Below, piece by piece: positions 28,492 to 43,816 of a stretch of 64,000 nucleotides of DNA (its first letter is position 1; each line of letters opens with the position of its first letter). A program made the translations under genes and the position numbers. Origin of the DNA: the human T2T-CHM13v2.0 reference genome, Homo sapiens. The notes beneath the pieces were generated by a model. That model did not search any database and was not told where the DNA came from. It worked only from the letters and a program-made list of their open reading frames with translations. The stretch lies in assembly GCF_009914755.1 (NCBI RefSeq), contig NC_060926.1; one strand, written 5' to 3'.

Positions 28492-28792
28492 CTTTTTTTT
28501 TTTTTTTTTTTTTTTGACAGAGTCTCACTCTGTTGCCCAGGCTGGAGTGCAGTGGCGCGATCTTGGCTCACTGCAACCTCTGCCACCCGGGTTCAAGCAA
28601 TTCTCTGCCTCAGCCTCCCAAGTAGCTGGGATTATAGGCCCCTGTCACCATGCCTGGCTAATTTTTGTATTTTTAGTACAGGTGGGGTTTCACCATGTTG
28701 GCCAGGCTGGTCTTGAACTCCTGACCTTGTGATCCACCCGCCTTGGCCTCCCAAAGTGCTGGGATTACAGGCATTAGCTACCACGCCTGGCC
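28492..28792 (-). mobile_element. Alu (S-like)
   Basis: Antisense Alu with T-run. Confidence 0.93.
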
Positions 28793-31030
28793 TAAAATAT
28801 TCTTTTTTCTATGTAAACCCAAATTACCTTTATAATTAGAAAATATAAAAATATTTTAAAATCACTAAATATACAAATTCTATATAATACTCATGAGTAG
28901 AGGATCCACTCTAGGGAATAAAAGATGGTATAATAGGCAGTAGGTGACAGCAACACTAGAATGCTGGATTCTGGACCCAAATAGCCAAGGGTAAATGTCC
29001 AGAGAAGAGTTGCTTAAAAGACCTCTAATTGTCAGACTGGGTAAGGCAGATGATTATGGATGCTGATTAAGGTGGAGCAAAGAACCAGGAAGTAGAAAGA
29101 AATTATTAGAAAAGGAAAAGGGTAACAGGAGAATGTGGGAAACCAACAGCCCATGCTAGAATGCTGAATTCCAGTTATCTAGAAACCTCCTATTCATCAA
29201 CTATGGCAGGCACTTGCTACACTGTTGTTTGACATTATGGCTGCTCTCTCTTTCCATTTGATGACTGTGTTTCTGACGCGCCAGGATCGTTTCATTTATA
29301 GTACTTGTTAATCATCAGACAGAAAACACAGATGGTACCAGTCAGGTCTGCCCAGCCTTGCTGCTGAAGCTGGAGTCAGCTCCTAGGAAAGCTCGTGCAC
29401 CCTCTGCTGGTCATCTCTACACCAGGACAAGAGGATCTGTGTCCAAAGGAGGTAGGTAGCTTCCCATATCACAGGGATTCACCTTTGTATTCTCCAGCTA
29501 ATTTCAGTGAAGACTTTGGGAACCATTTCCTCAAACTGCCACCTCAAACAGACAATTCCAGACTAAAACAATGCCTTCCTTTATTATGCCAAAGAGAAAC
29601 ATCCTAAAAACTAAAGTGCTGTGAGAAAATTTTCCATCAAGAGCATTTTAAGTTCAACGATTTCACCTTATTACTTAATAATTAAAGGTGTCCAGATGGC
29701 TGCAACACTTAATATGGCTATAAAGCTCCATTAGCCTTTACTCTGGTTGAAAATCTGAGAACCACTCTAACAGATCTTATTTGTACAGATTTTATAACTT
29801 ACAAAAGCTCTCACATTCATTTTCACATCTGATCTTCAACTATCCTGTAAGTGAGGGACAAGGGTGGGAAAAGCATTTCTGTTATCACTGTTGTACAGAT
29901 GCAGGAGCTGAGGCTCGAGCACTTGGTCACATAGCCACAAGAGCCCACTCTCCAAGCAGGCTCCTGACTCCAGATTCTATGTTCTACTTAGTACGCTATT
30001 CCATCTGAGCTGCTGATCCATCAGAAGTTTTCTAAAGAGTTGGCATGAATTTTAGCAGAGAGGTAAAAGACCGGAAATACATGTTTCCATAATACATCCC
30101 ACTTTTGCTTCAAATGTCATCTAAATTTTAGATGCTGAACCCTACATCTGAGGGGTTTGCATTGCAGGCAGTGCTTTTCCCAAAAAGAACATCAGCTTAA
30201 CAAGGGAAGTGGATATCTTAGTAAGAAATCTACTGAAAACCAAATAAAATTAACTTAGAATTTCTATGTGTGGCATGTCTATGCCCATAAAAAGTAGATC
30301 CTGTCAGGCTTTGTAGCTTTCACTAAGTCAGTGCTATATATGAAGCATGAAACTGGGTTGGGGATTCTCAAGTTCTGGTCCTGCTTTCTCTTGAATCTTT
30401 ATAATCTCGATGATTTTCCCCATGAAAACAAAGTATTATGGATACTGTTCTGTTGGAGTGCCAAGCTAAAAATCAGTATGCTGAAGAAGAGAGATGCAGT
30501 GAAATTTAGCCATAATCACCAAAACTAAAGAACAAAAGTAGTAATAATAAATAGATTCAAACAATTATATAAGGTTTGCTTTGTGCTAGGCACTACTCCA
30601 AGTCATACACATGCACACACACACAAATTCATTTAGTCCTCCCAAGAATCTTCACTAACAGATAAAGAAATTGAAGCACAGAGAAGTTAAGTAGTTCTAG
30701 TTACTTAAGGTAGCCAGGGTTACACAGATACTAAGCAGTGAGGCTGAGATCTGAACCCAGGCAGGCTGGTACGTGAGTTCATCTTCTTAATTACTAAGTT
30801 GTGCTATCCCTATATAGTGGTGTCTACCATATTCCTGCTGCATTTTTAAAGTAAACTTTTAATTTCAGATTTATAAAAATGTTACAGATAGTACAGAGAG
30901 TTTCCATATATGTGATATAGTTTCCCCCACTATTAAATCTTACATTATTATGGTATATTTATTATAATTAACAACTCAATAGTAATACATTATTATAAAC
31001 TTAAGTCCATACTTTATTCAATTTCCTTAA

Positions 31031-31385
<355 letters not shown>

Positions 31386-31808
31386 ATGTCATCATATCTT
31401 CTTAGGCTCCTATTTATTCTGACAGTATCTCAGATTTTCCTTGTTTATGAAGACCTTGACAGTTTTGAGGTATACTAGTCGGGGTTTAACAGGTTTCTCC
31501 CCACTGTTAAGGTATATGCCCCTTTTACATAGTGTACTCTTTGGAAGGAAATCATTATGCAGAGCCCACATTTAAAAAGTGGGCACTTAGGCTCTACCTC
31601 CTTAAGGGCAGAATATCTACACAAAATATTTGGAATTCTTTTGCATGGACGATTTGTCTCTTCTCTCCCATTCATTTATTTATTCAATCCTTTATTTATA
31701 TCAGTACAGACCAGGGATACTTATGTTATACTTCATGTTATAACTAAATACTAACAGTTATTTTGCTGCTCAAATTATTTTGAGCTTTGGCCATTAAGAG
31801 CTCTTTCA

Positions 31809-32250
<442 letters not shown>

Positions 32251-33210
32251 TTACTTTCTGGCACTCATTTTGTGTATTCCTTGATCTAGTCCTAGAAACA
32301 GCCATTTCTACAAAGAATCTTTGTTCCTTTTATTAGAGAATGGTCTGGGCACCAGGTGTGTTCCTTGCTACTAGGTTGTCCTTGCTTCTCAGTCCTCTCA
32401 AGGGACAAAGCAAGGAAATATAGGTGTGCATAATAAACCAAGTATATACATATATCTATATATAATGTGTTTCTATATGCATTCATCTGTATCTATATTA
32501 AACTAGAGTTCATACTACTAGCTCCAACTCTAATCTATTACCACACAGATAACTCCAGCCTTCCCTTCTTGCTTGTCTATAGCCTTCTACTCCAACAGTA
32601 AGAAACCTGGTTCCTATCATCACCATCCAGTTAATAATTGTTCGATTCTAGTACACCTGTATAGTGGTTTCAGAATTATTACCCCATACTGCCACAGGAA
32701 ACTTTATCAACTGCAGTATAGTGCTTATGTACAGTTCCCATTGCCTTTAGTCTTACGGTCTCATTTCCAAAGTTACTCAGGTCAACACCTTTTCTCTGGC
32801 CCCCTTCAGTGAGGTTATTGCATACATTTGTAATACAGTTAGATTATTTTGTCACTCTGCATTCCATCCTGGAATCCCCACACTCCTGATATCATTTTAA
32901 AAATTCTGAACATGTTAAATTCCACTCTGTGCTGTACATAACACATGCATGGTGTCATGTACCCACCATTATAGTCTCAGACAAAATAGTTCCACCACCC
33001 TAAAAAAATCCCATGTGACTGATTTAAATCTCTCCCTTCCCCAAACTCCCTGTTTCTGTTACATTTTCTAAACAGAGAATGTACTGTATATCATTGCTTC
33101 TCATCCTTTCCCCTAACAACATGTTCACATTTATAAATATGTGATCTCACTTCAATCCTGAGTGTTCCCACCAAGCAGATGACTGAGTAAAACTTAGAGA
33201 AACAAAGTGT

Positions 33211-33372
33211 TGGCTGGGCACGGTGGCTCACACCTGTAATCCCAGCACTTTGGGAGGCCAAGGTGGGCGGATCACTTGAGCTCAGGAGTTCAAGACCAGC
33301 CTAGGCAATGTGGTGAAACCCTGTCTCTACAAAAAATATAAAAATTTTATTTAAAAACAACAACAAAAGAAA
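33211..33372 (+). mobile_element. Alu left monomer
   Basis: Single arm plus A-rich tail. Confidence 0.85.
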
Positions 33373-34436
33373 GCGGCTTGGTCAAGATCTCAGGGAGTGA
33401 TGGTGCTGGCACTAGAACTTGTAGCTTTTGACTCCTGGTATGATGCTCTTCCCGCTAGACTATTCTTTTGTCTTTTCAGTAGAGAGTGGCATGGTTATGC
33501 AGAGAGACAAGAAGAAGAAAAAGAAGATGAGGCAGACATGGTGGTAAGTGATTATTGAAAGCATATATTATTAACAGAAGCTTTTAAACTAAAAGTATAA
33601 TAAAGTGGAATTTTAGTTCTGCAAATTAGGTGAACTTTATACTCCAAAATCCTTGCTGCTATCAACCACCCCTAAATGGCTGGATTAATATGTTTTAAAA
33701 AGAAATCTTATTAAACATACCCCTGAGCCAGCAAGAAAGAGAAATACTCAGAGACCAAAAGCTCGCAAAAGTCCAGAGCTGAATGAGCACTGAGGTTAGC
33801 AACCACCCAAAGCCTACAATGTATAAAAAACAAAATGTGTCACAAAAATTGATCTAAATAAACCCAAGTTTGGTTTAACAATAGAAAGTATATCAATGTA
33901 ATTTGCCACATTACCAGATTAAAATAAAAAATCATATAATGACCTCAGCAGATACAGAAAAGGCCTCTGATAAAATTCAACATTCGCTCATGATTAAAAA
34001 TCAAAACTTTTAGTGACTGTGAAATGGAAGACAATTTCATTAACTTGATAAAGGGTAGCTGCCAAAAACTTATGATGTCATCCTTAATGGTGAAATATTA
34101 GAAGTATTCCCTTTATAAACATGAATAAGACAAGGATGTCCATTATCAATGGTTCTACTCAACACTGCAATGGAGGTCTTGGCCAGGACAGTCAGAAAGG
34201 AAAGAGAAATAAAAAGTAAAAGGTGGAGGAGGAAGTAACAAACTGTCACAGTTTCCTAACGATATGATTATCTACACAGAAAAAATCCCCTAAACCCTAC
34301 AAATGACAATTATTACTATTAAATGGAAAGTTTGGCAAGATTGCCAAATAAAAGATCAATATACAAACAGACAATTATATTTTCATATACTAGCAAACAT
34401 ATAGTTAGAAAACCTAATTTTAAAATATACTATTTA

Positions 34437-34601
34437 GCAAGGCACAGTGGCACCACTTGTACTCCCAGCTACTCAGGAGGCTGAGGCAGGAGGATGACTT
34501 GAGCCTAGGAGTTTGAGGCTTTAATGCACGATGATCACACATGTGAATAGCCACTGCACTCCAGCCTGGGCAGCACAGTGAGACCTTACTTCAAAAAAAA
34601 A
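34437..34601 (+). mobile_element. FAM (fossil Alu monomer) followed by a (CA)n tract
   Basis: Retains the 7SL-like TGTGAATAGCCACTGCACTCCAGC segment absent from dimeric Alus. Confidence 0.8.
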
Positions 34602-34765
34602 TACATACACACATCCATACACACACACACACACACATCATTTATAACAATGACCAAAAATATGATACACTTAGGAAGTTGTAAAATATGCAAGTCCTTT
34701 AAAGAAAAAATTATAAAACTTCACTGAGCCACTAATGAAGATCTAACTAAATAAATGGAGAGCTA

Positions 34766-35004
34766 CATAGTGACTCTTGAATACAATGGGTTTAAACTTC
34801 ATGGGTCCACTTATATGAGGATTTTTTTAACCAAACTCAGATTGAAAATACAGTATTTGGAGGATGTGAAATCTGCATATAAGGAGGGCCAACTTTTCAT
34901 ATACTTGGGTTCCACAGGGTCAACTGAAAGACTTGAGGATGTGTGGATTTTGGTATATGCGGGCATCCTGGAACCAATCTCCCTAGTATACTGAGGAAAG
35001 ACTC
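34766..35004. mobile_element. MER8 (Tigger2-derived MITE)
   Basis: ~240 bp, TA-flanked; GGGTCCACTTATA..GAAAATACAGTATT..CCTGGAACCAATC. Confidence 0.85.
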
Positions 35005-36055
35005 TATAGTCTTCATAGATAGGATTATTTGATATTGTAAAGATGTCAGTTCTCTTCAAACTGATATACAGATTTAATGCCATCCCAATCAAAATTTCAA
35101 TAAGGCTTTTGGGAAGCCCAAGCTGATTTTAAAAGGTATATGAAAGTGTCAATGGCAAAAAAGAAATAAGACACTCCTAAAGAAGAGGAGTAAGATGGAA
35201 CAGTTCCCCTACCAGCTCTCAAGCCTTATGATAAAACTGCAGTGAATAAGTGGTCACTTATCACCCCAGGGACAGAAAAATAAGATAATGGAACAGAAAA
35301 CAGAGCACAGAAATAGACTTGACTAGATAGGTAACTTGATCTACAACAGAACTAGCACCACAGATCTGTGAAGAAATGAAGAGACTATTCAATAAGTGGG
35401 TCTGGAACAAGTGATTATTCATATACAAAAAATAATAATAATGAAAGGATCTCTAATTTATACCATACTCTCAAATCAATTTCATCACTGACTGAAGACT
35501 TAAGTGGGAAAGTTAAAACTTTAAAACCTAGAAAAAGAATAAGAGGATATCTTTATGACCTCAAGTTAAGCAATTCTTAAACAATAGTCAAATTATAACC
35601 ATAAAAGGAAATACTGACTACTTTTACCACATTTAATGTGAGCTTCTTTTTTTATATAGTATCAAATAAGCCACATATTGGGAGAAGACATTTGTAACAC
35701 ATATTATGATGAAGAATTGTTACGGAGAAACATGCAGAAACATTCTAAACTCAAGAAGAAAAAGACACACAATCTAATAGAAAATGGGCAAAAGTCATGA
35801 TCAGGCTTTGCACAAGAATGAAAACAGGAATGCCTAGTGACATTAAAAATAGATGCTCAACTGTATTTATAATATGGAAAATGCATAAAAATCATAATAT
35901 GATAGTCTTATATTCACTACATTGGCAAAAACTTAAGTCTGACAATACAAATGCAGGCAAGGATGTAAAGTAATGGGAAGTCAGCTAATAGGATAGAAAT
36001 TGCTATAACAACATACAGAGTCAACATGGTATCACCTAAAAAAGCTGAAGGTGCA

Positions 36056-38389
36056 TAATACGGTTTGGTTGTGTCCTCAACCAAATCACATCTTGAATTG
36101 TAGTTCCCATAATCTCCACATGTTGTGGGAGGGACACAGTGGGAGGTAATTGAATTATGGGGGGTGGTTATCCTCATGCTGATCTTGTGATAGTGAGTTC
36201 TCATGAGATCTGAGGGTTTATAAGGGGCTTCTCCCCTGCTTCACTCTGCACTTCTCCTTGCTGCTGCCATGTGAAGAACGATGTGTTTGCTTCCCCTTCT
36301 GCCATGATTGTAAGTCTCCTGAAGCCTCTTGAGCCATGTGGAACTGTGAGACAATTAAACCTCTTCCCTTTATAAATTACCCAGTCTCAGGTATGTCTTT
36401 ATTAGTAACGTGAGAACAGACTAATATAGTAAATTGGTACCAGGAATGGGGTGCTGCTGTAAAGATACCCAAAAATGTGGAAGCAACTTTGGAACTGGGT
36501 AACAGGCAGAGGTTGGAACTGTTTGGAGGGCTCAAAAGACAGGAAAATGTGAGAAAGTTTGAAACTTCCTAGAGACTTGGAGGGCTCAGAAGACAGGAAG
36601 ATGTGGGAAAGTTTGGAACTTCCTAGAGACCTGTTAAATGGTTTTGACCAAAATATTGATAGTGATATGGACAATAGAGCCCCCCACCTGAGGTCATCTC
36701 AGATGGAGATGAAGAACTTGTTGGGAACTGGACTAAAAGTCATTCTTGCTATGCAAAGATACTGGAGGCATTTTGTCCCTGCCCTAGAGATCTGTGGAAC
36801 TTTGAACTTGAGAGAGATGATTTAGGGTATCTAGAGAAAGAAATTTCTAAGCAGCAAAGTGCTCAAGAGGAAGCAGAGCATAAACGTTTGAAAAATGTGC
36901 AGCCTGATAATGCAGTAGAAATGAAAAACCCATATTCTGGGGAGAAATTCAAGCGAGCTGCAGAAATTTGCATAAGTAACAAGGAGCCAAATGCTAATCA
37001 CCAAGACAATGGGGAAAATGTCTCCAAGGCATGTCAGAGAACTTTGAGGCAGCCCCTCCCATCACAGGCCTAGAGGCCTAGGAGGGAAAAGTGGTTTCCT
37101 GGGCTGGATGCAGGGCCCTCCTACTGTGTGCAGCCTCAGGACTTGGTGCCCTGCACCCCAGCTGCTCCAGCTGTGGCTAAAAGGGGCCAAGGTACAGCAC
37201 AGGCCATGGCTTCAGAGGGGACAAGCTCCAAGCCTTGGCAGCTTCCACGTGTTATTGGGCCTGCGGGTGCACAGAAGTCAAGAACTGAGTTTGAGGAACC
37301 TCTGCCTAGATTTCAGAAGATGTATAGAAATGCCTGGATGTCCAAGCAGAAGTTTGCTGCATGGGTGGAGCCCTCATGGAGAACCTCTGCTATGGCAGTG
37401 CGGAAGGGAAATGTGGGATTGGAGCCCCCACACAGAGTCCCTACTGGGACACTGCCTAGTGGAGATGTGAGAAGAGGGCCCCCATCCTCCAGACTCCAGA
37501 ACTGTAGATCCACTGACAGCTTGCACCATGTGCCTGGAAAAGCCTCAGACACTCTACACCAGCCCATGAAAGCAGCCAGGACAGGGGCTGTACCCTGCAA
37601 AGCCACAGGTGTGGAGCTGCCCAAGGCCATAGGAGCCCACCTCTTGTATCAGCATGCCCTGGATATGAGACATGGAGTCAAAGGAGATCATTTTGGAACT
37701 TTAAGGTTTAATGACTGCTCTATTGGATTTTGGACTTGCATAGGGCCTGTAGCCCCTTTGTTTTGGCCAATTTCTCCCATTTGGAATGGGTGTATTTACC
37801 CAATGCCTGTACCCCCATTGTATCTAGGAAATAAATAACTTGCTTTTGATTTTACAGGCTCATAGGCAGAAGGGACTTGCCTTGTCTCAGATGAGACTTT
37901 GGACTTAGATTTTTGAGTTAATGCTGGAATAAGACTTTGGGAGACAGTTGGAAGGACATGATTGTGTTCTGAAATGTGAGGACATGAGCTCTGGGAGGGG
38001 TCAGGGGCAGAATGATATGGTTTGGCTGTGTCCCCACCCAAATCTCATCTTGAATTGTAGTTCCCATAATCTCTACATGTTGTGGGAGGGACCCAGTGGG
38101 AGGTAACTGAATCATGGGGGTGGTTACCCTCATGCTGTTCTCATGATAGTGAGTGTGTTCTCATGAGATCTGATGGTTTTATAAGGGGCTTTTCCTCCAC
38201 TTTGCTCTGCACTTCTCCTTGCTGCTGCCATGTGAAGAAGGGTGTGTTTGCTTCTCCTTCTGCCATGACTGTAAGTTTCCTGAGGCCTCCCCAGCCATGA
38301 GGAACTGTGAGTCAATTAAACCTCTTCCCTTTATAAATTACCCAGTCTCAGGTATGTCTTTATTAGCAGTGTGAGAACGGACTAATACA
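36056..38389 (+). mobile_element. Complete THE1 (C-like) MaLR element: LTR 36056-36428, internal 36429-38012, LTR 38013-38389
   Basis: Two direct LTRs; internal starts GTAAATTGGTACCAG; polypurine tract GGGAGGGGTCAGGGGCAGAA before the 3' LTR; TSD GTGCA/ATGCA. Confidence 0.95.
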
Positions 38390-38449
38390 ATGCACATACC
38401 ATATAATTCAGTAATTAAGTACCTAGGTATATACTCTGGAGCAACTCTT

Positions 38450-38940
38450 TGTGGCAGCAGAATTATAACACAGTCCCCAAGAGACCCCCTCATCCTCTGC
38501 ATAGTCCATCAGTGTGGATGGGACCTGTGAAAATGATGGACAGTCATCTCCTTCATAGGTTACTTTTATGTAAGACCTCATCTTAGCAGAGGAGGTCAGA
38601 GAGACATTCTCCTATTTGCTTTGAAGAAGCAGACTGCCAGGTTGTGAAAAGGGCCATGAGGCAGGGAATAGTGGGCAACGTCTCAGAGCTGAGGGCTTCA
38701 GTCCTATAGCTGCTAGGAATGGAATTGTGTCAATATCCAGTGAGGGTAGAACAGGACTGTGAGTCGCAGATGAGACCACAGCCCAGGCTGACACCATAAT
38801 TTCAGCCTGGTGAGATCCTGAGCAGAGAATTAGGTTATGCTGTTTTAGGACTTCTACAAGAATTTGAGGTAATGAATGGGTGTTAATTTAAGCTACTAAA
38901 ACTGTGGTAATTTGTTATACAGCAAAAGAAAACTAACGCA
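38450..38940 (+). mobile_element. MLT1 (E/F-like) solo LTR
   Basis: TGTGGCAGCAGAATT start; TGTGGTAATTTGTTATACAGCAAAAGAAAACTAACGCA end; TSD CTCTT/TTCTT. Confidence 0.8.
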
Positions 38941-39016
38941 TTCTTTAACGTGTGCCAGGAGACAGGGATAAGAATGTCTATAACAGCACTTTCCTAGAAA
39001 TAAAAAACCTGAAAGA

Positions 39017-39419
<403 letters not shown>

Positions 39420-40289
39420 TTACAGGTATGTCGTAAAATGTAATGTTGAGAAAAATATAGACAAGCTATAGAAGAGTACACATATATAATATGAATGATG
39501 TTCAAAAACATTTAAAACAATTTTTTATTTATCTAAAGAGGAAAGAGGGATCTGGGAACCAGCAGGGCACATAAGAGATGTCAAAGTTTTAGGTAATATT
39601 CTGTTTATTTTTAAGTTGATGATAAGTATATGGGTGTTCATTTTATAATTGTTATTTGTATATTATGCTATGATATCTGTAACATAGCATAAAGGATTGA
39701 TATTCTTTTGAATAAATATTGTTTAAAATAAGAGGGTGAGTCTGCGAGCTTTACTATCAATCCTTTAAACCTAAATCTTTCTGAAAACTTCGTATATGCA
39801 TTAATATACTGTGTGTTCAGACACACATCATTAAAATATAGAGAGGAAAGAAAACATAAGAACCAAACTTGTGGTCAAAAGGTTCAATAACTTCAAAATA
39901 AATTTCTAAAAGTGACTTGCACCTGGACTACTACAATCACCTGCTAAGTGGTCTCTTATATTTCACTCTTGTTCTTGATGCTGCAGCCAAGTATCTGTTT
40001 AAGAAGAATGTCACATCACTCTAAGGGTTTTCCATCACATTTCCACAGTTCCACATGGTCTGACCCCTACCTACTTCTGAGATCTGATTTTATTCACTTT
40101 TCCCACATGCCCTAGCCACATAACAAATCCTAACATTCCTTAACACTAATGTATAATGCTGATGTGCACCTTTAATAAAATCCAGGCATTGTTTCTTTGG
40201 CATCACATCATGTTTCCAATTTGTTTTGAGGAGTTTGGGAATATTTATCGTGGTTCTGTTTTATTAGGATTTCACTTGATTCTTTTCTT

Positions 40290-41050
40290 TTCCTCATCCT
40301 TAATATCCACTGTATCAGAAGTCCTATCAACTCTACTTCCAAAATACATCTTGAATCTTGTTCACTTCTTTCCATCTCTCCTGTTACCACTCTAGTCCAA
40401 AACACTATAATCTCTTACCTGGACAAATGCAATAGCCACCTGTCTCCTTACAATTATTCTTGCCTTCCACAATGTATTTTCCACTCTATAGCCATAATGA
40501 CCTTTTTATAACACAAAATAGATCATATCACTCCCCTCTTCAAAGCCTCCTATCAGAATAAAATCCAAAATTCCTTACCATTGCCTACAAAGCTTAACGT
40601 CTTGGTCCCATCCGACTGCTCCAAGTTTACCTCTCTCCTGCACACTAAAGAGCCACACTGGCCTTCTGAGAGTTTTTGACTTCTTATTATAAGCCTTAGG
40701 AATCCTGAACTCAAGCATCCCTTTGCCTGGACTACTACTCTGGACTGTTGCAGATCAGCTCCTCCTCATCATTCAGGGCTCAGCTTACATGTGTTCTCTT
40801 TAGAACGGCCTTCCCTGACCACTCTGGCTAAAGCAGGGTGTTCAACCACCCTCCAGCACATCACCCTGTTTTATTTTCTTCACAGCACTTATTGCTACCT
40901 AGAAATCTTATTTTTTCATCTATTTATTTATTGTCTATCTCCTCCCACCTGTAGGGACCCTGTCTATCCTGTTTACTGCTATACCCTATGCCAAAACTTT
41001 CCCCTGCACATTATGGATGAAAAACAAAAACATGTTGAACAAATGACTTC
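40290..41050 (+). mobile_element. L2 3' fragment
   Basis: CTCTACTTCCAAAATACATC, GATCATATCACTCCCCT, CCTTCCCTGACCAC motifs. Confidence 0.7.
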
Positions 41051-42833
41051 CTATAGCTTAGTTAAAATTTGTCTCTGAATAAATGTTCAAGTTTAATAAC
41101 CTGAGTATTTTATACATTTATTCAGTTATACTATGTTTCTTTAAACAAAGTATATGAACAAAAAGCATTTTATTAACTTTTGAATTAATATTTCTTCTTT
41201 CTTGTCTTTAAAATATCATGGCTAGGATGGTTAAGTATTCTGTAAACATAACACAGACAAAGAATAGAAAAAAAGAAGAACTAATATTTGTTCTATGCCC
41301 AAAACTAAGAGAAATCATTTTCCAATCATAAAACTGTATCTATTTATGCCATTTTACCTTCAACAAATGGAAAATATCTACTTCATAGGTAGAAGTCTTA
41401 AGGATTTAAGTTTTTTTGAAAGTTATTAATATTGTGACTTCCTACTGATTTAAGGAATAAGTGGAGACTAAATCTGCATCTAAGCTAAAAGTAGCTGCTA
41501 TTGCCAAGTATTGTGGTATATGCCTGTAATCCCACTATACATGCCAGCTACTCAGGAGGCTGAGGCGGGATGATCGCTTGAGCCCAGGAGTTCAGCACCA
41601 GCCTTTGAGATTTCTTCTCAAGCAAATAAAGTTAAAAAAAAAAAAAGTACTTAGCTGTTGATAATAGATTCTATACAAACATATTGTTTTTTATAGCCCA
41701 TTCATTTATTCAACATACATATGCATTAACCACATTTTAGGTAGTGTAAAGCAGGGAGAATTATATTACTACTCAGTTTCTGCCCAGGTTAGTTGAGAAG
41801 ACAGACAAATGACAATTCTAGTATAGTGCCACAACAGTATACACAGTAACATGGAAGCACAGAAAAGGCTACTAACCAAGCTGGAGGAGTTAGGGGAAGG
41901 GTCTCAGTGGAGCTGTGATACCTGGGATGAGTCTTGAGATCAACTGATAAGAGGAGAGGAAAGGAAGCTTCAGATAAAGAAAATCTCAAATATAAAGGCA
42001 CATTGGCTTGAGAAAGTCAGCAAACATGTCAGAACCACAAAAGCAAACATGAGGGATGGCCAAAGAGATGAGGCTGAAAATGTGGGCAAGATAATGAAAA
42101 CATGGGAAGATAATGAAGTGCCTGGTATTCTACCCAAAGAGATTCAGATTTTGTACTATAAGGTACCTTATGTGAACCCCTAGGGATTTTGTACACATAT
42201 CTTCAAGGCTATGAGATTTCTGTAGGAGAAACCTTTCATTTTCAATTTGATAAAAATCTTTCAAAAAAAAAAAAGAATATTAACAAAAGGACACTCTGGA
42301 TCATCTGAATGAGCACTTTTTAATTGAGTGCTGTCACAAGATTTGAATTCACACGTGTGTTTAGGAGTGTATTGCTAAACAAGTGGTGCTGTTTGTCATT
42401 GATACATGTTAATGAGAATGAAATGGGGACTACTGTATGTAAATGATGTTGTTTGTCAAGTAAAGGACAAATGAAGCCATGACATACTGAACAAATGAAG
42501 GTTTTGTGGTGATTTATATAAAGAAAAGAGGTGAAGGCATCAAGTAATCTCTCAACACAAGGGCAATATGGACAGACCTTTCTGTAAGGAAGGTACGCCA
42601 CAGAGGACATTCATGATTAGAGCTTTTTAGGTCCAACTAAAGACTCATTGCTCACAATCATTTGAATTTATTGGTTTTATAGCTTTGTTTCATTTAACTT
42701 GTAAATGTTCGGGTGTTATCGGTGTATAAAAGATACAACACACACATAAAAAAATTAAAAAGACAAAAAACAAGAAAGAGACAAGATGAGGAGTTTATAC
42801 CTAATTTTATCTTTGCATATATGTGACATACTA

Positions 42834-43695
<862 letters not shown>

Positions 43696-43816
43696 GAAAT
43701 TCTGCTATGGGTGTTCGGAGCTGCTGAAAGAATGCAACAGGCAAGTGACAGCTTGTGCTTTAGGAAAATCACTCTGGCAGCAGTATGGAGGAGGGCTGGA
43801 ATTAAAAGTACCCAAG

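Larger units (their letters stand above)
33850..36050 (+). mobile_element. Old L1 ORF2 (RT region to 3') fragments
   Basis: GATAAAATTCAACATTCGCTCATGATTAAAA, AAGACAAGGATGTCCATTATCA, CAGATTTAATGCCATCCCAATCAAAAT motifs. Confidence 0.75.

Noticed and set aside
34437-34601. 7SL RNA gene or pseudogene
   Set aside because: Only the Alu-domain monomer is present and the S domain is missing, consistent with FAM.
42170-42830. Possible DNA transposon or pseudogene fragment
   Set aside because: No recognisable termini, TSD or protein similarity; left unassigned.
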